Shown here piece by piece: positions 1 through 13,304 of a stretch of DNA of 64,000 nucleotides. Under the pieces are notes generated by a model. It saw nothing but the letters and a program-made list of their open reading frames with translations. It was not told where the DNA came from and ran no database searches. Origin of the DNA: Chiloscyllium plagiosum. Taxonomy: Eukaryota. Position 1 is the first letter of the stretch. Every line of letters begins with the position of its first letter. Both the position numbers and the translations under genes were made by a program. The DNA lies in the NCBI RefSeq assembly GCF_004010195.1, contig NC_057754.1, forward strand, positions 9,381,524 to 9,445,523, in the 5' to 3' direction.

Positions 1-265
1 CCTTTCAAGTTTCACAACATCTTTCCGATAGGAAGGAGACCAGAATTGCACGCAATATTCCAACAGTGGCCTAACCAATGTCCTGTACTCCCGCAACATG
101 ACCTCCCAACTCCTGTACTCAGTACTCTGACCAATAAAGGAAAGCATACAAAACGCCTTCTTCGCTATCCTATCTACCTGCGACTCCACTTTCAAGGAGC
201 TATGAACCTGCACTCCAAGGTCTCTTTGTTCAGCAACACTCCATAGGACCTTACCATTAAATGTA
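1..265 (-). mobile_element. CR1/HER1 LINE ORF2 3' fragment
   Basis: The reverse complement encodes the CR1 C-terminal motif LVRPLLEYCVQFWSP, seen in many copies across the window. Confidence 0.8.
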
Positions 266-1359
266 TAAGTGAGAATAGAGTTAATGTTTCAAGTACGATA
301 TAACTCTTCAAAACTGCTTTCCTCTGCATTTTTAACCTTTGAATATTGACAGGTGGGGATACAGAGTCGATTGTTCTGCACACATGAATATCTGAGAGGA
401 CTCTCCAGTGTGATATACTGGGGAAGGTCCTTCGCACTTGCTGTTGGTGAGTAGTCTTATGGTAGGATTTTATCTGTGAGATTCTAGCTGAAACTAAGGT
501 CTTAAAACCTTCTGGTAATGAGTCCTACGTTTGTGTTCATCACCAACTATCAAAAACCAGATTCTTTAAACGTGAAATACCAACTGAAAATGCTGGAGTT
601 TTCACCAAATCTTCCTGCACCTCTGGAAAGAGAAATCTAGAGTCTGTGACCTTTCAACAAAAGCGTATTCCATTCAAGAACAGATCTGAAATGTTAACCC
701 TGTTTTGGAATCAACAGATGTTGCCAGATGTGTGAGTGCTTGTAGCATTTTCTGGTTTTATTTCTGTCTCAAGAAGTTGGTTCTGAATTTCAGTTAGGCA
801 GTCTGAGTCATCTGATCATCTCGTTTACTGATGCAGCAGTATAGATGTACCAGAGAGAGAGCATCTAGATGCTTCACAAATGAGTAAAGGTTTCCCCAAT
901 TTCTCAGCCTATTGATACTCCAGTATTAAACGTTCAGGATTAAGACTAACTATTATTTATTCCTGTCCATTCACAAGTGGAATTATCTTTTTAATTTTCT
1001 AACCCCTCACACCATTCCATATCTTTAAAGCCTAAATCACAACTGCCCTCAGTCTGCCTTTTAGAGAGAACAGTTTCAACCGGTCTGAAACTTTTTAACG
1101 AGCATAATTTCAACAAACCTTTCTTACAGCTTCTCCAGTTGTCCTCGATCCATCTTGTAATATGGAGCTAACCCGAATATCAAACTCACCATTGCTGCCA
1201 AAGCCTGTATGTTGGAAACATCAGTACTGAGGTGAAACAGATATCTGCTGTTTTGAGTTCTTTATCACCATCCTGTGTTTCAGTTAGTTTTCCATTAGCT
1301 GAAAATAAGATGAGCTGAAATGAACATACCCAACAAGCTTGTGTATGGGCTGAAAAGTA

Positions 1360-2244
1360 ACAAATGGAGTTCAATCTGAATAAATGCCAAGGTATTGCAT
1401 TTTGGTCCCAACAAACAGGGACAGGACATGTACAATTCATGGTAGGGCCTTGAATAATGTTGTAGAACAGAGGGACTAAGGGGTTAAGGTACATAATTCT
1501 TTGAAGTTTTTGTCACAGGTAGACAGGGTGGTTAAAAAGATGTTTAGTTCACTTATCTTCATGTTCAGACCTTTTGAGTGTCGGAGTTGAGAACGTCATG
1601 TTGAGGTTGTGCAGGACATTGGTGAGGCCTCTTCTGGAGCACTGTGTCCAGTTCTGGTTACCCTGTTATAGGCAGGATATTATTAAGACAGAGTGGGTTC
1701 AGAAGAGATTTACCAGGATGTTGCTGGGTATGGAAGCTTTGAGTTACAAAGAAAGGCTGGATAGACTGGGATTTTTTCAGTGGAGTATAGGATGTTGAGA
1801 GGTGACATTATAGAACATAGAATAATACAGCGGAGAAGAAGTCGATTGGCCCTTGACGTTGCACTGACCTGTCAACCAATCTAAGCCTATCCCTTTACAC
1901 TATCTCATCTTCATCCATCTGCTTATCCAAGAGCTGTTTAAATGCCCCTGCTGTGGCTGAGTTAACTACATTGACAGGCAGTGCATTCCATGCCCTTACC
2001 ACTTCCTGAGGAGAGAACCTGCGTCTGACATCTGTCTTAAATCTATCACCCCTCAATTTGCAGCTATGTCCCCTCGTACAAGCCAACGTGCAATTCTGGT
2101 CTCCTTCCTATCGGAACGATGTTGTGAAACTTGGAAGGGTTCAGAAAAGATTTACAAGGATGTTGTCAGGGTTGGAGGACTTGAGCTATAGGGAGAGGCT
2201 GAACAGGCTGGGGCTGTTTTCCCTGGAGCGTCGGAGGCTGAGGG
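1360..2244. mobile_element. Nested CR1/HER1 3' fragments, both orientations
   Basis: ORFs 1574..1798(+), 1895..2086(-) and 2058(+) give LVRPLLEHCVQFW, TRGH..KL.G.RFK and RVQKRFTRML motifs. Confidence 0.8.
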
Positions 2245-2510
2245 NNNNNNNNNNNNNNNNNNNNNNNNNNNNNNNNNNNNNNNNNNNNNNNNNNNNNNNN
2301 NNNNNNNNNNNNNNNNNNNNNNNNNNNNNNNNNNNNNNNNNNNNNNNNNNNNNNNNNNNNNNNNNNNNNNNNNNNNNNNNNNNNNNNNNNNNNNNNNNNN
2401 NNNNNNNNNNNNNNNNNNNNNNNNNNNNNNNNNNNNNNNNNNNNNNNNNNNNNNNNNNNNNNNNNNNNNNNNNNNNNNNNNNNNNNNNNNNNNNNNNNNN
2501 NNNNNNNNNN
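2245..2510. other. Assembly gap (N run)
   Basis: Run of N. Confidence 1.
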
Positions 2511-3540
2511 CAACATCCTGGTAAATCTCCTCTGCACCTTTTCCAATGCTTCCATATCCTTCCCAAAATATGGGGACCAGAACTGTATGCAATATTCCAA
2601 GTGTGGCCGCACTAGCGTTTTGTATAGTTGCAGCATGATATTGCGGTTCCGGAACTTAGTCCCTCTACCAATGAAACCTAACACACCGTATGCCTTCTTC
2701 ACAGCACTACCCACCTGGGTGGCAACTTTCAGGAATCTATGCACATGGACTCCAAGATTCCACTACACATCCACACTACCAAGAATCTTTCCATTGACCC
2801 AGTACTCTGCCTTTCTGTTATTCTTCCCAAAGTGCATCACCTCACATTTATCTGCATTGAACTCCATTTGCCACCTCTCAGCCCAGTTCTGCAGTTTATC
2901 CAAGTCCCCCTGCAACCTGCAACATTTTTCCACACTGTCCACTACTCCACCGACTTTAGTGTCATCTGCAAACTTACTAACCCATCCACCTATGCCTGCA
3001 TCCAAGTCATTTATATAAATGACAAACAGCAGTGGTCCCAAAACAGATCCTTGTGGCATGTCACTAGTAACTGGACTCCAGGCTGAGTATTTTCCATCAA
3101 CCATCTCTCTTCTTACAGAGAGCCAGTTTCTAATCCAAACTGCTAAATCACCCTCAATCCCATGCCTCTGCATTTTCTCCAACAGCCTACCATGTGGAAC
3201 CTTATCAAAGGCTTTACTGAAGTCCATGTATACCACGTCAAATACCCTACTCTCATCCACATGCTTGGTCACCTTCTCAAAAAACTCAATGAGGTTTGTG
3301 AGACACGACCTACCCTTGATGAAACCATGTTGACTATCTCTAATCAAATTGTTGCTTGCTAGATGATTATAAATCCTATCTCTTATAATCCTTTCCAAAA
3401 CTTTTCCTACAACAAACATAAGGCTCACTGGTCTATAATTACCTGGGTCATCGCTACTGCCCTACTTGAACAAGGGCACAACGTTTGCAATCCTCCAGTC
3501 CTCTGGTACTAAACCTGGAGACAATGACGACTAAAGATCA
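2511..3540 (-). mobile_element. CR1/HER1 LINE RT region
   Basis: ORF 2763..3428: QHGF..GRSCLTNL, YMDFSKAFD, PQGSVLGPLLF, FADD. Confidence 0.92.
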
Positions 3541-3554
3541 AGACAAAGGAGAAA

Positions 3555-5065
3555 GTACTCTGAGGGAGGTGGCTGAAGAAATAAGGGAGGCGTGGGTTGT
3601 GATCTTACAAAAATCACTGGAGTCAGGGAAAGTCCCAGATGATTGGATAATCGCTGTTGTAACCCCCTTGTTCAAGAAAGGATCAAGACAAAAGATGGAA
3701 AATTATAGGGCAATTAGCCTAACCTCAGTTGTCGGTAAAATTCTAGAATCCATCATTAAGGATGAGGTTTCTAAATTCTTGGAAGTGCAGGGTCGGATTA
3801 GAACAAGTCAGCATGGATTCAGTAAGGGGAGGTCGTGCCTGACAAACCTGTTAGAATTCTTTGACGAAGTAACAAGTAGGTTAGACCAGGGAAACTCAGC
3901 GGATGTTGTTTATCTAGACTTTCAAAAGGTCTTTGATAAGGTGTCTCACGGGAGGCTGCTGAGTAAGTTGAGGTGAGCTACTGGCATGGATTGAGCATTG
4001 GCAGTCTGACAGAAGGCAGAGAGTTGGGATAAAAGTCTCTTTTTTGGAATGGCAACTGGTGATAAGTGGTGTCCTGCAGGGTTCAGTGTCAGGGCCACAG
4101 ATGTTCACTTTATATATTAATAACCTGGATGAAGGGACTGCGGGCATTCTAATGAAGTTCGCCAATGATACTAAGTTAGGCGGACAGGCAGGCAGTACTG
4201 AGGAGGTGAGGAGGCTGCAGAAAGATTTAGACAGTTTAGGGGAGTGGTCCAGGAAATGGCTGATGAAATTCAACTTGAGCAAATGTGAGGTCCTGCACTT
4301 TGGAAAAAAGAATACAGGGACGGATTATTTTCTAAATGGTGAGAAAATTCATCAAACCAAAGTACAAAGGGATCGGGGAGTGCTAGTCCAGGATTCTCTA
4401 AAGGTTAACTTGCAGGTTAAGTCCGTGTTAAAAAAGCAAATGAAATGTTGTCATTTATCTCAAAAAGGTTGGAATGTAAATGTGCTTCTGAAATTTTATA
4501 AGGCTCCAGTTAGGCCCCATTTAGAATACTGTGTCCAATTTTGGGCTCCACACCTCAGGAAGGACATACTGGCACTGGAGCGTGTCCAGCGGAGATTCAC
4601 ACGGATGATCCCTGGAATGGTAGGCCTAACGTATGATGATCAGCTGAGGATCCTGGGATTGTATTCATTAGAGTTTAGAAGGTTGAGGGGACGTCCATTA
4701 GAAACTTAGAAGATAATGCATGGCTCAGAAAGGGTGGACGCTGGGAAGGTGTTTCCGTTAGGCAGGGAGACTAGGACCCGTGGCCACAACCTTAGAATTA
4801 GAGGGGGTCAATTTAGAATGGAAATGAGGAGGCATTTCTTCAGCCAGTGAGTGGTGGGCCTGTGGAATTCACTGCCGCGGAGCGCAGTGGAGGCCGGGAC
4901 GTTGGGTGTCTTCAAGGCAGAGATTGATAAATTCTTGATCTCACAAGGAATGAAAGGCTACGGGGAGAGTGGGGGTAAGTGGAGTTGAAATGCCCATCAG
5001 CTATGATTGAATGGCAGAGTGGACTGGATGGGCTGAATGGCCTTACTTCCACTCCTATGTCTAAT
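3555..5065 (+). mobile_element. 5'-truncated CR1/HER1 LINE (RT plus 3' tail), frameshifted
   Basis: ORFs 3485..3976 and 4044..4709 carry RT motifs (NYR.ISLTS, QHGF, YLDFQK.FD, FAND). The 3' tail ends near CCTATGTCT at ~5060. Confidence 0.92.
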
Positions 5066-5744
5066 ATATTACCTCAGAAGACGAGTCCTCGTCAAAAGTT
5101 CTTTCAACCACCGTTAAACTGTCTTTGACTAACAAAGCCACACCTCCCCCTCTTTTACCACCTTCCCTTATGTTAATGAAAGATCTAAACCTGGAACCTG
5201 CAACATCCATTCCTGACCCTGCTCTATCAATGTTTCCGAAATGGCCACAACATCAAAGTCCCAGGTACCTATCCAAGCTCACCTACCTTATTCTGGATAT
5301 CCCTGGCGTTGAAGTCGACACACTTCAAACCTGCTTACTGGCTGCCAGCACACTCCTGTGACCGTAGAATCCTATCCATCTCCTCCTTACTCTCATCCTC
5401 CTGTGAACTGCAACTGCACCACAGGTTCCCATCCCCTTGCTGAGCTAGTTTAAATCCACCTGAATAGCACCAACAAATTTCCCCACAAGGGTATTGTACC
5501 CCTCTGGCTCAAGTAAAGACCATCCTGTTTGTAGAGGTCCCACCTTCCCCAGAATGACTCCCAATTACCTATATACCTGAAACCTTCCCTCCTGCACCGT
5601 CCTTGAGCTACGTGTTCAGCTGATATCTCTCCCTGTTCCTTGCCTCGCTATCACATGGCACAAGTAACAAACCAGAGATAACTCTGTTTGTTCTAGCTAA
5701 CAGAAGTTTATAAAATCATGAGGGGTGTAGATTGGGTTAATGGC

Positions 5745-7170
5745 CCATTATCAAGGGCTTTATAGTGGAGCATTTAGAAAGCAGTGGCAGGATCAGAGAG
5801 AGTCAGTGTGGATTTACGAAGGGGAAATCATGCTTGACAAATCTGTTGAAATTCTATGAAGCTATAACTAGTAGTGTTGATAAGGGGGAGCCAGTCAATG
5901 TGGGATATTTAGAGTTTCAGAAAACCTTTAAGAAAGTCCTGCATAAGAGATCATTGTGCAAGATTAACGCACGTGGGATTGGGGGAAGTGCACTGAAAAG
6001 GACAGAAAACTGGTTGATGTGGTATATTTGGATTTTCAGAAAGCGTTTGACAAAGTGTGGCATAAGGGATTATTGGGCCAGATTAACGCACGTGGGATTG
6101 GGGGAAGTGCACTGAAAAGGACAGAAAACTGGTTGGCAGAGAGGAAAAAAAGAGTTGGAATTAACGGGTCCTTTACAAAACGATGGGCAGTGACTAGTGG
6201 GGTGGCACAGGGATCGGTGCTGGGTGCCCAGCTATTCACAGTATGTATTAATGGTTTGGATGAGGGAACAAAGTCTAACATCTCAAACTTTGCAGATGAT
6301 ACCAAGTTGGGTGGGAGGGGTGAACAGTGATGAAGACGCAGAGATCCTTCAGCATGATCTGGACAGGTTGGGTGAGTGGGCACATCAATGGCAGGTGCAG
6401 TATAAGTTGGATAAATGTGAAGTTATTCACTTTGGAAGCAAAAACAGGAAGGCAGATTGGCTGTACATTGGGAGAGGGGAGTGTGCCGTGGGACCTGGGT
6501 GTCCCTGTGCACCAGTCGCTGAAGGTAGGCATGCAGGTGCAGCAGGCGGTAAAGAAGGTAAATGGTATGTTGGCCTTCACTGTGAGAGGTTTCGAGTACA
6601 GGAGCAGGGATGTGTTGTTGCAGTTATACAGGGCCTTGGTGAGGCCACATCTAGAACATTATGCACAGTTTTGGTCTCCTTTTCTGAGAGAAGATGCTTG
6701 TGCTGTCAAGGGAGTGCAGCGACGGTTTATCAGGCTGATCCCGGGGATGGCGGGACCGACATATGAGGAGAGATTGACAAAGTCAGGATGTGTTTTCATT
6801 GGTTTTCGGACGAGTGGGGGGGAGTCTCATAGAGACTTATAAAATTCTAACATGACCAGACAAGATAGATGCAGGGAGGACGTTTCTGATGGTGGATGTG
6901 TCCAGAACCAGGGGTCACAGTCTGAGGATTCAGGGGTAGACCATTTAGGACAGAGATGAGGAGACATTTCTTCACCCAAAGAGGGGTGAGCCTGTGGAAT
7001 TCATTACCACAGGAAGGAGTTGATGCCAAAACATTTAATGTATTCAAGAGGTGACTAAATATAGCTCTTGGAATGAGTGGGATCAAAGGTTATGGTAAGA
7101 AAGTAAGACTAGGCTATTGGGCGATCAGCCATGATCGTGATGAATGGTAGACTAAACTGGAAGGGCCTAT
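5745..7170 (+). mobile_element. Decayed CR1 LINE RT with internal 119-bp tandem duplication
   Basis: ORFs 5765..6115, 6019..6330 (FADD) and 6327..6842. Duplicated block 5898-6016 / 6017-6135. Confidence 0.9.
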
Positions 7171-7749
7171 CTTCTATAATTCTATGTTTCTGTTGAAGCT
7201 GCCTTTTCCCCAGGATGGGGGACTTCAAGACTGGGGCAGCATATGTTTCAGCTAAGAGGAGAGAGATTTTTAAAAATAAATCAAGGGCAAATTTTCTCCA
7301 CAGAGAGTGCTTTGTGTGTGGATTGAACTTACTGAGGAAGTGCTGGATGTGGGCACAATTCCAATGTTTAAAAAACACTTAGATAAGTACATGAATAGGA
7401 AAGGTCTGGAGGGATATGGGCCAAATGCTGGCAGGGGGGATTAGTTTAATTTGGGACTATGTTCAACATGGACTGGTCGCACTGAAGAGTCCGTTTCCAT
7501 GCTGTGTGACTATATGGCCTGTGACTATCTATAGAATTGTCTTTTACCTAGACATTGAGGTGGAGTAAACAGAGAATGCTGCAGTGAACAGGAGGGCTGC
7601 TTTCACTCTTAGCCTGTTAACCATCTTGGTCAGAATAACTTGTCAAAGAATAATTGAAATTCAGCACAGTAACGGTGTAATACAAATAGTTAGTATGATT
7701 ATCACAACTGTCTCCATTGACTGCACTCAGGCACCTGAAGACTGAGATT

Positions 7750-8000
7750 CAACAATGCATCGACTTCCATTTCTATAACGCCTTTCACCACCAGGGGCCA
7801 GCTCAAAGCACATGGCTGCCAATGAAATGTTTTTTTCAAATGTGCAGATTGTTAAGATGGAGGAGACATGCTATACCCACTCGGCAAACTTCCCCAAACA
7901 GCAAGGGCAGAATGAGTGGAGTTTTTGTGTTGATGATTGAGGGGTGACCATTGACCAGGACAGTGGCAAGAGCTTCCCTATTCATCTTCCAGATAGTCCT
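7750..8000 (-). mobile_element. Ancient Deu-domain/SacSINE-like SINE fragment
   Basis: The reverse complement ends in an L2-type tail GTGAAAGGCGTTATAGAAATGGAAGT; the body resembles shark Deu-SINEs (from recall). Confidence 0.5.
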
Positions 8001-8844
8001 AAGGAAGTTTTGACATTCTGCTGCTTTGGTCTTATTCATATTCTGTCTTTCCACCCTTACTAAGAAAGGATTGGTCTTCTCAGACTACTGCACCTCGGCT
8101 TCCTCGTCTAAGTGGCAGTTTTTCCATTTCTTCAATTCTAAGGCTGATACAAATTGATTCTGCAGCCTGTCTGCCGTCTCCTCTATTTCAAATCCAGTGC
8201 TGCTTCGGTCTGTCTTTAGAAGCACACACTGCCATCAGTTGCTCTTTCAGGTTAATCTGTGCCAAATGGATTTGTTACAATCCCTGTGTGAACAAGCTGC
8301 TATCACATCTGCCGAGTGACTGTTGAGTATTTTTATAACTTTTGCTGATTTGTGGGTCAAGAAACTTCACCTCTTTTTGTTTTCCAGGTCATTTTTTCTG
8401 GAATTGAGGAAGCAAAGCAGTCAGCTAGCTGTATTCAGCTAATATTTAACAGCAAATAGTTAATGGTCCTTTAATCTCGAATCAAGCTCAGATTTATTTG
8501 GGGTGTCAGGCAATTTTTGATAATCATTACGAATTAAAAACACAGCACCAGGCAAGCCAACAGCAGCCTGCCTGGAATTCGAATGTGCATAGTCATACAA
8601 TTCTTCAGGTCTTTGACTCTAAGGGGCTGATTCCCCTGGCTGCAACATTTGCAACTGGGCTTATGTCCTCTGTATAATAGGCCAGTCTGTTAGAACGGAG
8701 GTGAGGAGACATATCTTCACTGGCAAGGATTTGAAGCACTCTCTAGCCCACTGGTCTGTGGCTCCTCAGTTGATGAGTTTATTGACAGCTGAGCTGGACA
8801 GTCTTTTGAATTAAATTCTAGTGTCCCTGTCGTAAACTCGAGGG

Positions 8845-9290
8845 TGCAGGAAAGATTTACAAGGATGTTGCCAGGGTTGGTGGGTTTGAGCTACAGGGAG
8901 AGGCTGAATAGACAAAGGCTATTTTCTGTGGAGCATCGGAGGCTGAGGAGTGACTTATAGAGGTTTATAAAATCATGGAGAGCACGGATAGGGTGAATAG
9001 CTAAGGTCTTTTTTTCCCCATGGTTCAGGAGGGCATAGGTTTAAGGTGAAGGGGAAAGATTTAAAAGGGATCTAAGGGGCACTTTTTCCACACAGAGGGC
9101 GGTGCATGTATGGAATGAGCTGCCAGAGAAAGTGGTGGAGGCTGGTACAATTACAGCATTTAAAAGGAATCTGGGTGGATACATGATTAAGAAGGGTTTA
9201 GAGGGATATGAACCAAATGCTGACAAATGGGACTAGATTAATTTAGGATATGCATGGATGAGTTGAATTGAAGGGTCTGTTTCTGGGCTG
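8845..9290 (+). mobile_element. CR1/HER1 3' end
   Basis: RFTRML..L..LSY.ERL motif and the HER1-type tail GAAGGGTCTGTTTC. Confidence 0.85.
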
Positions 9291-9699
9291 TCGAGGGCAG
9301 GAAGAAAAATTGCTACTGAGGCAGAGGTCCATCACAATTTGATTAAAAATATTTGAGTTAATGGCTGATCATAATGGCATTAATCAGCAATTATGAGGCA
9401 TATCATGTTCTGGGTGCAAAAGTCTTAACCATGACACAGCAGTTGGTGAATCTTATATAAATGAATTTCATCAATAAATACAGATGTGGATATCAACCCT
9501 AAAAGCCTATCTGATTCATTAATGCTCTTGAGAGCGGGAAACGAGCCATTCTGCCTATGTGTGGTCTAAATTTGACAATTGATTCAGAGCAGCAGAGTTA
9601 ATCCTTTGCTGTGTTCTGATGTAGTCCAATATGTTGTCAAAGAAAAAGAATGTCAATAAAGCCTGAGTTCTTAAATGGCTGCAGATTGTGTTTCATTTG

Positions 9700-9905
9700 T
9701 GGCACAGTGGTTAGCACTGTTGCCTCACAGCGCCAGGTCCAAAGATGTGCAGGTTAGGTGAATTGGCCATGCTAAATTGCCCGTAGTGTTAGGTATAGGG
9801 GTAAATGTAGGGGTATGGGTGGGTTGCGCATCGGCGGGTCGGTGTGGACTTGTTGGGCCGAAGGGCCTGTTTCCACACTGTAATGTAATGTAATCTAATC
9901 TAATC
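9700..9905 (+). mobile_element. HE1-type tRNA-derived SINE (internally deleted)
   Basis: A-box GTGGCACAGTGGTTAGCAC, core CCAAAGATGTGCAGGTTAGG, tail GGGCCGAAGGGCCTGTTTCCACACTG followed by (TAATC/G)n. Confidence 0.85.
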
Positions 9906-10444
9906 CATACCAGTGAAGATAATTGTTGACACGAATTGTCACATTTCCAGATTCCAAGCTCTTATCTTGCTCCAGCCTGGTTCTGTTGCTGGCCATGTTT
10001 GCTTCAACCCCCATTCTGTCTCCAAACCAGTTTTTCCTTTATCTTTCCTCGGGCTGTCCTGAACGACTCTGCCTCTTGGCCATTATGTCGCGCAAAGCTC
10101 GACTGAAGAACATGGCCATTCCTATTTAGCTCAGCACCTGTTTAACTCTTCCAGGTTCTCACCCACAATCCTGAGATGGAGGGTCTCCTGAAGGTCCCCC
10201 CCCTCTCCGGGTGAATTGCCAGAGAAGTTACCGATACCAAGAAAAAAAAAAGTTGAGCTCTGTCCGAGTGTTCTAGAACATTCCTCCCGAACATAGTCAT
10301 TGAAGTAGCACGTTCAGTAGAGTGTTGGGTGGTGGTTTCACTTTGCACAGAAGCAGTGAGCTGCAGTTTCTTGGTACCCCATTCAAACCCACAGTAGTTC
10401 CACAAATTGCCATCTGTTGTGTTTTCAACAAACGCTGTTTAGTG

Positions 10445-10820
10445 TTAGAATCATGGCATCCTTACAGCGTGGAAGCAGGCCATTTGACCCATCGATTATG
10501 TCCTGACCCTCCAAAGAGCATCACACGCAAGCACTCCCCCCTCACCTTATCCCTGCACTTCCCAAGGCCAGTTCTCCTCACCTGCACATCTTCGGACTGT
10601 GGGAGGGCACGAGCGCCCGGAGGAAACCCGCACAGAGACCGGGAGAATGTCTGTTTCTGCGCAGGCAGCTGCTCAAGTGGAATCGAACCCGAGTTCCTGG
10701 CCCTGTGAGGCAGGAGTGAGCCACCATGTTGTAAAAGGATAAATTCAAAAAATCGAACCCGGGTTCCTGGCCCTGTGAGGCAGGAGTGAGCCACCATGTT
10801 ATAAAAGGATAAATTCAAAA
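10445..10820 (-). mobile_element. HE1-type SINE with 70-bp tandem duplication of its 5' end and flank
   Basis: B-box GGTTCGATTCC on the minus strand. 10681-10750 is repeated at 10751-10820 with 2 mismatches. Confidence 0.8.
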
Positions 10821-10934
10821 CCCGTTTGCCAGTTAAAATAGACAAGCTTCTATGTTCTCCGAGTGTGACAATTTCGTTGCACTTTTAAGTCAATTTCCAT
10901 TAACCCCATCTTCTCCGTCAGGAAAGGAGGGCGA

Positions 10935-11019
10935 GGGCTAGTTTGGGATTCAAGCCTGGAATCTCTCGCAATCTCGTAGCTAGCGTGAAGGAGGAATCAT
11001 ACCTCGTGACAAATGAGCC
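10935..11019 (-). pseudogene. tRNA-Pro-like pseudogene with 13-nt insert at the canonical intron position
   Basis: The minus strand reads GGCTCATTTGTCACGAGGTATGATTCCTCCTTCACG[CTAGCTACGAGAT]TGCGAGAGATTCCAGGCTTGAATCCCAAACTAGCCC. Outside the bracket it aligns without gaps to vertebrate tRNA-Pro (about 53/72 identical). Confidence 0.7.
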
Positions 11020-11399
11020 AAAAGCTGGCAAGAAAATTGAACCAATGCCTGGTCTTTATTGCTGCCCAAATGAGATCAACCATCCTTCTGGGAATCGTAC
11101 CACAGCCAGAGTCATGGAAATCGAGACAGAGTTCATGTTTCACATTCGCGACCTTTAATCAGAATCAGAAAGAGTTTGAGTTGTGATCAGTTTGAAGCCT
11201 GAAAAAGGAAAGAGTAAAATAAATGTTACAGCCAGTAATATAACTGAATCCTGGGGGGATGAAATGACTGTATAATCTGTGCTGCATAAACTCCATATGT
11301 TTCAGCCACTCAGAATGAGGTTATTGAGCCCATCGTGTTCTTGAGAATTCTCTGTCAGAGCGATAAAACATGATGATTCAAAGAACATATGACATGGAG

Positions 11400-11680
11400 T
11401 GGCATAGCGGCTCAGTGGTTAGCAGTGCTATCTCAGGGTCCCAGGTTCGATTCCAGCCTCAGGCGACTGTCTGTGTGGAGTTTGCACATTCTCCCCCGTG
11501 TCTGTGTGGGGTTTTCTCCGGGTGCTCCGGTTTCCTCCCACAGTCCAAAGATGTGCAGGTCAGGGTGGATTGGCCATGCTAAATTGCCAGGGGAATGGGT
11601 CTGGATGGGTTACTCTTCGGAGGGTCGGTGTGGACTTGTTGGGCCGAAGGGCCTGTTTCCACACTGTAGGGATTCCATGA
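11400..11680 (+). mobile_element. HE1-type SINE
   Basis: A/B boxes (GCGGCTCAGTGGTTAGC; GGTTCGATTCC), V-domain-like core and HER1-like tail. Confidence 0.88.
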
Positions 11681-13304
11681 AAGCTGCGATTGGTCTGTAA
11701 AGAGTCTGATTCAGAGATGAGGTCATGTTCTTCACCTGAACATGGAGATTCATTGGAACTTCACAAGAGGCAGCGGAATGAGTGGTCAGAGTGGGGGCCA
11801 GTCATTCTGATCTGCTGTTGACTACGCAGCAGCTTAAAATCCACGTATCCAATAATATTACAGAAGCTGTTATTTATGTGGACCACGGTCAATTGTTTCA
11901 ATTTCGCAGACAGTATATCACAAAATTTTAAGACAAATTTGTTGGGTTAAAGACCATATGTAAACAATTTAAAAATAATCTAGATGACAAGGAAAGACAA
12001 TTTCATCAGAAAGCACAAGAGAAACTCAGCAGGCCTGACAGCATCCACAGAGAGAAAAACAGATTAATGTTTCATGTCCAGAGACCCCTTGTCAGAACTA
12101 AAAGGATCTTCTAACATCTTTCCTGAACAGTCCGGCCCTAATTCTCAGACTATGTCCTCTAATTCTTAAGCCACCGATCAGTGGAATTAGTTTATCTTTA
12201 ATCATCCTGTCTTTTCCCATTAACATCTTGAAGACATCGACCAGATCACCCGCTTTACCTTTTAAATTCTAGAAAAAACAGGTCTAAGCTGTGTAATCCC
12301 TCCTCATAACTTAATCTTTGAAGTCTAGGTGAACCTCCACTGCACTCCCCCCAAGTCCAATGTATTCTACCTATATCTATCTGGTGTGGTGCCTGGATCT
12401 GCTCAGCGTACCCCAGTGGGTCTACCAGAGTTTTGAAAATCTGCAGCAGACCTGTTGAGTTTCTCCAGCAATTTCTGTTTGTATATCTTTCAGAGCTGTT
12501 GTCAGAACTCAGTTCTTTATCAGGTCTGACAAAGGATCACTGGACGCAAAATGTTCATGATTGTTCTCTCTGCACAAATGCTGCTGGAGATGCCAAGTTT
12601 CTGGATTACTATGGCAGTGATACTTCCCTGGGATTGAATGTCTGTGAAGAACACTTCCGGGAAAAGGATCTTTCAAAACGTGTCTGGTGTATGCATTTTT
12701 TGTTTGTTTTTCCATCTGTGGAATATATTTGTGTGTGTTTCTGAAAGACCATTGTCAGAGAGAAACATAGAAAATTGGAGGAGGAGGAACCCTCCCAGCC
12801 TGTTCCACCATTCAATATGATCATTGTGTGGATCATCAAACTCAGTATCCTGTTCCTGCTTTCTCCCAAAGCCCATGATCCTTACAGCCCTAAGAACTAG
12901 ATCCAACTCCTTTTGAAAGCATTCAATGTTTTAACCTCAACCACTTTGTGTGGAAAGGAATTCCACAGGCCCACCACTTTCTGAGTGAGAAAACATTCTC
13001 TTCACCTCAGCTCTAAGTACCTAACCTTAGACCGTGACCCCTGGTCCTGGGTTCCTGGCTCATCTGGGAAATCCCTCCTGCATTTACCTTGTCTAATGCT
13101 GTTTGAATTTTATAGATTTCTATGTGAGTGACTGACCACTGCGGTCACCAAAGCACAAAGCTCAAAATGATCTATCATGCTAGTCTTCACTCGTGAATTG
13201 AACTTGTACAGTATGACCAACAGTTGGGATCATAACATATTCTCTTATACTTCTCTTGCAGTCTGGAATGGTGGTCAAGGTGGTTTCATTCTCTGTTTTG
13301 ATGA

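Noticed and set aside
2058-2744. ORFs spanning N gaps (also 27066..27548)
   Set aside because: Artefacts of translating through Ns; the flanks are CR1 or Penelope pieces.
8000-8400. Possible L1 ORF1 remnant on the minus strand (also 9950-10300)
   Set aside because: Only vague coiled-coil-like composition; too weak to call.
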